From Octopus sinensis (lineage: Eukaryota), in NCBI RefSeq assembly GCF_006345805.1, contig NW_021823656.1, positions 1 to 21,665 of the forward strand: a stretch of DNA of 21,665 bases, given 5' to 3'. The first letter of the stretch is position 1; every line of letters starts with the position of its first letter. Under the pieces are notes generated by a model that saw only the letters and a list, made by a program, of their open reading frames with translations, ran no database searches and had not been told where the DNA came from. Positions 19,793 through 21,665 of this stretch are shown here, in pieces. The position numbers and the translations under genes were made by a program.

Positions 19793-20012
19793 TCCAATAC
19801 ACAGGTTCTGTGACCGCGTGTGTACCGTTGGCGATTTTTTTTCCTCTGTCTTCCCTTCTCTGGATCTTTCCTTTTCCTATGTTTCCAACGAAGAGCTCCG
19901 CTCGAAACGTTAAACCCTCCTTCTTTCCTTCTTTCCTGAGCGTCCAATAATACTATATTTGTTCCACGTCCTCGCGTTGCTGTGTTTTTTGTGCTTCTTT
20001 GTTTGGATAACT
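19793..20012 (+). mobile_element. Second hammerhead-bearing Penelope-like short element, flanked by microsatellites
   Basis: Contains the degenerate hammerhead at 19881-19915 and has (CA/TA)n tracts on both sides. Its 3' part (taatac...ccacgtcctcgcgttg...ttggataact) recurs inverted at 729-795. Confidence 0.6.
19881..19915 (+). ncRNA. Minimal type-I hammerhead motif with mutated core (probably inactive)
   Basis: Stem I gttt/aaac; core CCAACGA (two changes from CUGACGA); extra A; stem II gagc-tcc-gctc; GAAACGTT. Same architecture as the 10637-10682 motif. Confidence 0.65.
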
Positions 20013-20059
20013 GTATATATATATAATTATATATATATATTATATATACTATATATATC

Positions 20060-20393
20060 AGACCCCCTTCGGTCACGACACAGACCATGCGATTGCACCT
20101 AGAAAGTTACCCTCCCAGGTACAAGTCGGGGCAAGGCTGTTTATGGAAGACCAGCAGTCGCCCATGTATACCAACCTCCCCACTCTACGCCACCAGTGTT
20201 ATCCAAGGGAAAGGCAAAGGGGCCGATACAGCTTGGCACCAGTGTCGTGGCAACTCATTTCTACAGCTGAGTGAACTGGAACAACGTGAAATAAAGTGTC
20301 TTGCTCAAGAACACAACACGCAGCTCGGTCCGGGATTCGAGCTCACAACTTCACGATCGTAAGCTTGACGCTCTAACCACTAAGCCATGCGCC

Positions 20394-20397
<4 letters not shown>
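20060..20397 (-). mobile_element. SINE family C with a different 3' half
   Basis: Minus strand tgaaggcgcatggcttagtggttagagcgtc...gagctcgaatcccggaccgagctgcgtgttgtgttcttgagcaagacactttatttcacgttgttccagttcactcagctg. The 3' half is unlike that of 4619-4877. Confidence 0.9.
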
Positions 20398-20437
<40 letters not shown>

Positions 20438-20620
20438 ACACACATATATATATATACATATGTATGTATGTATGTATGTGTGTATGTATGTATGTGAGTG
20501 TATAAAATTTGTTCGTGCATGTTTCTAAATGAAAGGGTGTTTGCAGCGTATATGTATGTGAGTATGCATGTGTTTGAGTACGTGTGTGTGTGTGTGTATG
20601 TGTGTATGTGTGTGTGTGTA
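20396..20620. repeat. (CA)(TA)(TATG) at 20396-20476 and (TG)n at 20545-20620
   Basis: Seen directly. Confidence 0.9.
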
Positions 20621-20929
20621 TAAATACAAACATGAATATACTGTTTGCATTCATCCCTTGGTATCTGTTTTATCATATCTTATTTCGATAAGAAGAGGCA
20701 AACCATTAACAGAAGGCGTTGTGTGACACACACAAACCCACAGATTAAAAGTAGCGTTTGCAAAACATAAAAACACACATACACACATACACAGACACAC
20801 CGATACATTTACCACTTTCCGTTTCTATCAATCTTTCATTGCGTTGTTAAAATACAAAAAGAAAAAAACCCTCGTGTGGCTCCCGTCTAAAGAGGTGCCA
20901 ATGTGTTGTTTGGTCAGCAGACATTGAAT

Positions 20930-21287
20930 GGAAGAACGGACATGCTGAGAGACGGGAGAAATGGAGGAAATTCTAGAAGATAAAAAAAGGGTGAGAGAAA
21001 AGATTGGGTGCGAAAAGGGAGTAAACTGGGATGATATGGCGTGGGTGGACGGGTGAGAGATGGTGAGGGAGAGAGAGACAAAAAGAGGGAGTGAGGCGAG
21101 AAGTAGGAGAGGCTGTGAGAGAGAGAGAGATTAAAAAAGAGAGGAAGTTGTAGAGAAAGAAAAGCGTAAGACAGTGAAAGAGAGAAAGACAGAGAGGGAG
21201 AAACAGAGAGAGAGAGAGAGAAAGAAAGAAAAGGAGAAAGAGAGAAAAATAGGAAGAAACCAGACACGTTAAATGGGAGAAATATAC

Positions 21288-21340
<53 letters not shown>
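20930..21340. repeat. Purine-rich (GA)n low-complexity tract
   Basis: Strong purine bias on the plus strand ending in pure (GA)n. Confidence 0.92.
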
Positions 21341-21343
<3 letters not shown>

Positions 21344-21404
21344 ATCTAATGAGTTGGAAAAGAAAGACTACGATGATGTGTTTCTCAATTTCAGCGCATG
21401 TCAG

Positions 21405-21432
21405 TGTTGTTGTTGTTGTTGTTGTTGTTGTT
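21405..21432. repeat. (GTT)n
   Basis: Seen directly. Confidence 0.9.
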
Positions 21433-21519
21433 GCAGTGATTAAAGGAAGGGACGAATCGTTTTAAAAAGGTCGCGATGTAGTTTCAAGTCTAACAATTAG
21501 CAAACAGCACCAACAAGAA

Positions 21520-21555
21520 CATTATTTGGGAGACAGGCCATTATTTGGGAGACAG
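21520..21555. repeat. 17-bp direct repeat cattatttgggagacag, two copies at 19-bp period
   Basis: 21520-21536 and 21539-21555. Confidence 0.9.
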
Positions 21556-21615
21556 AATTGCCAAACATAGTAGTCAAATCTTCCTCAAATCATACGATGT
21601 CGTGAATTTCTTTGG

Positions 21616-21665
21616 CCATAGGTTTCCTTCATCAAGGTTGACCTGTGGCTAAAGGAACAATAAGG
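21616..21665 (+). repeat. Family D tail fragment
   Basis: cataggtttccttcatcaaggttgacctgtggctaaaggaacaa resembles 10834-10876. Confidence 0.45.

Noticed and set aside
59-21345. Most ORFs in the track (HT, YI, CV, SL dipeptide runs; ORFs over SINEs such as 2061-2366)
   Set aside because: Products of microsatellites and SINE sequence, with no recognisable protein motifs.

Overview
AT-rich, repeat-saturated eukaryotic non-coding DNA (large intron or intergenic). The SINE families and microsatellite load suggest a cephalopod, most likely Octopus; this is recognition from memory, not a database search. I find no credible host protein-coding exon, and nearly all ORFs in the supplied track are microsatellite or repeat artefacts. 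The window holds: (i) at least three tRNA-headed SINE families (working labels A, B, C) in about 16 copies of different ages, four with visible target-site duplications; (ii) a decayed RTE-clade LINE 3' end interrupted by a SINE, plus a possible second older RTE fragment; (iii) two different short elements carrying minimal type-I hammerhead ribozyme motifs of the kind known from Penelope-like elements, one with an intact core (10637-10682, minus) and one with a mutated core (19881-19915, plus); (iv) dozens of simple and compound microsatellites. The best leads are the intact hammerhead lying back-to-back with a tRNA-derived Pol III head, a SINE whose 181-184 nt B-box-containing body occurs as head-to-tail concatemers joined at a fixed palindromic junction, and a 15-nt hairpin module shared between SINE families.
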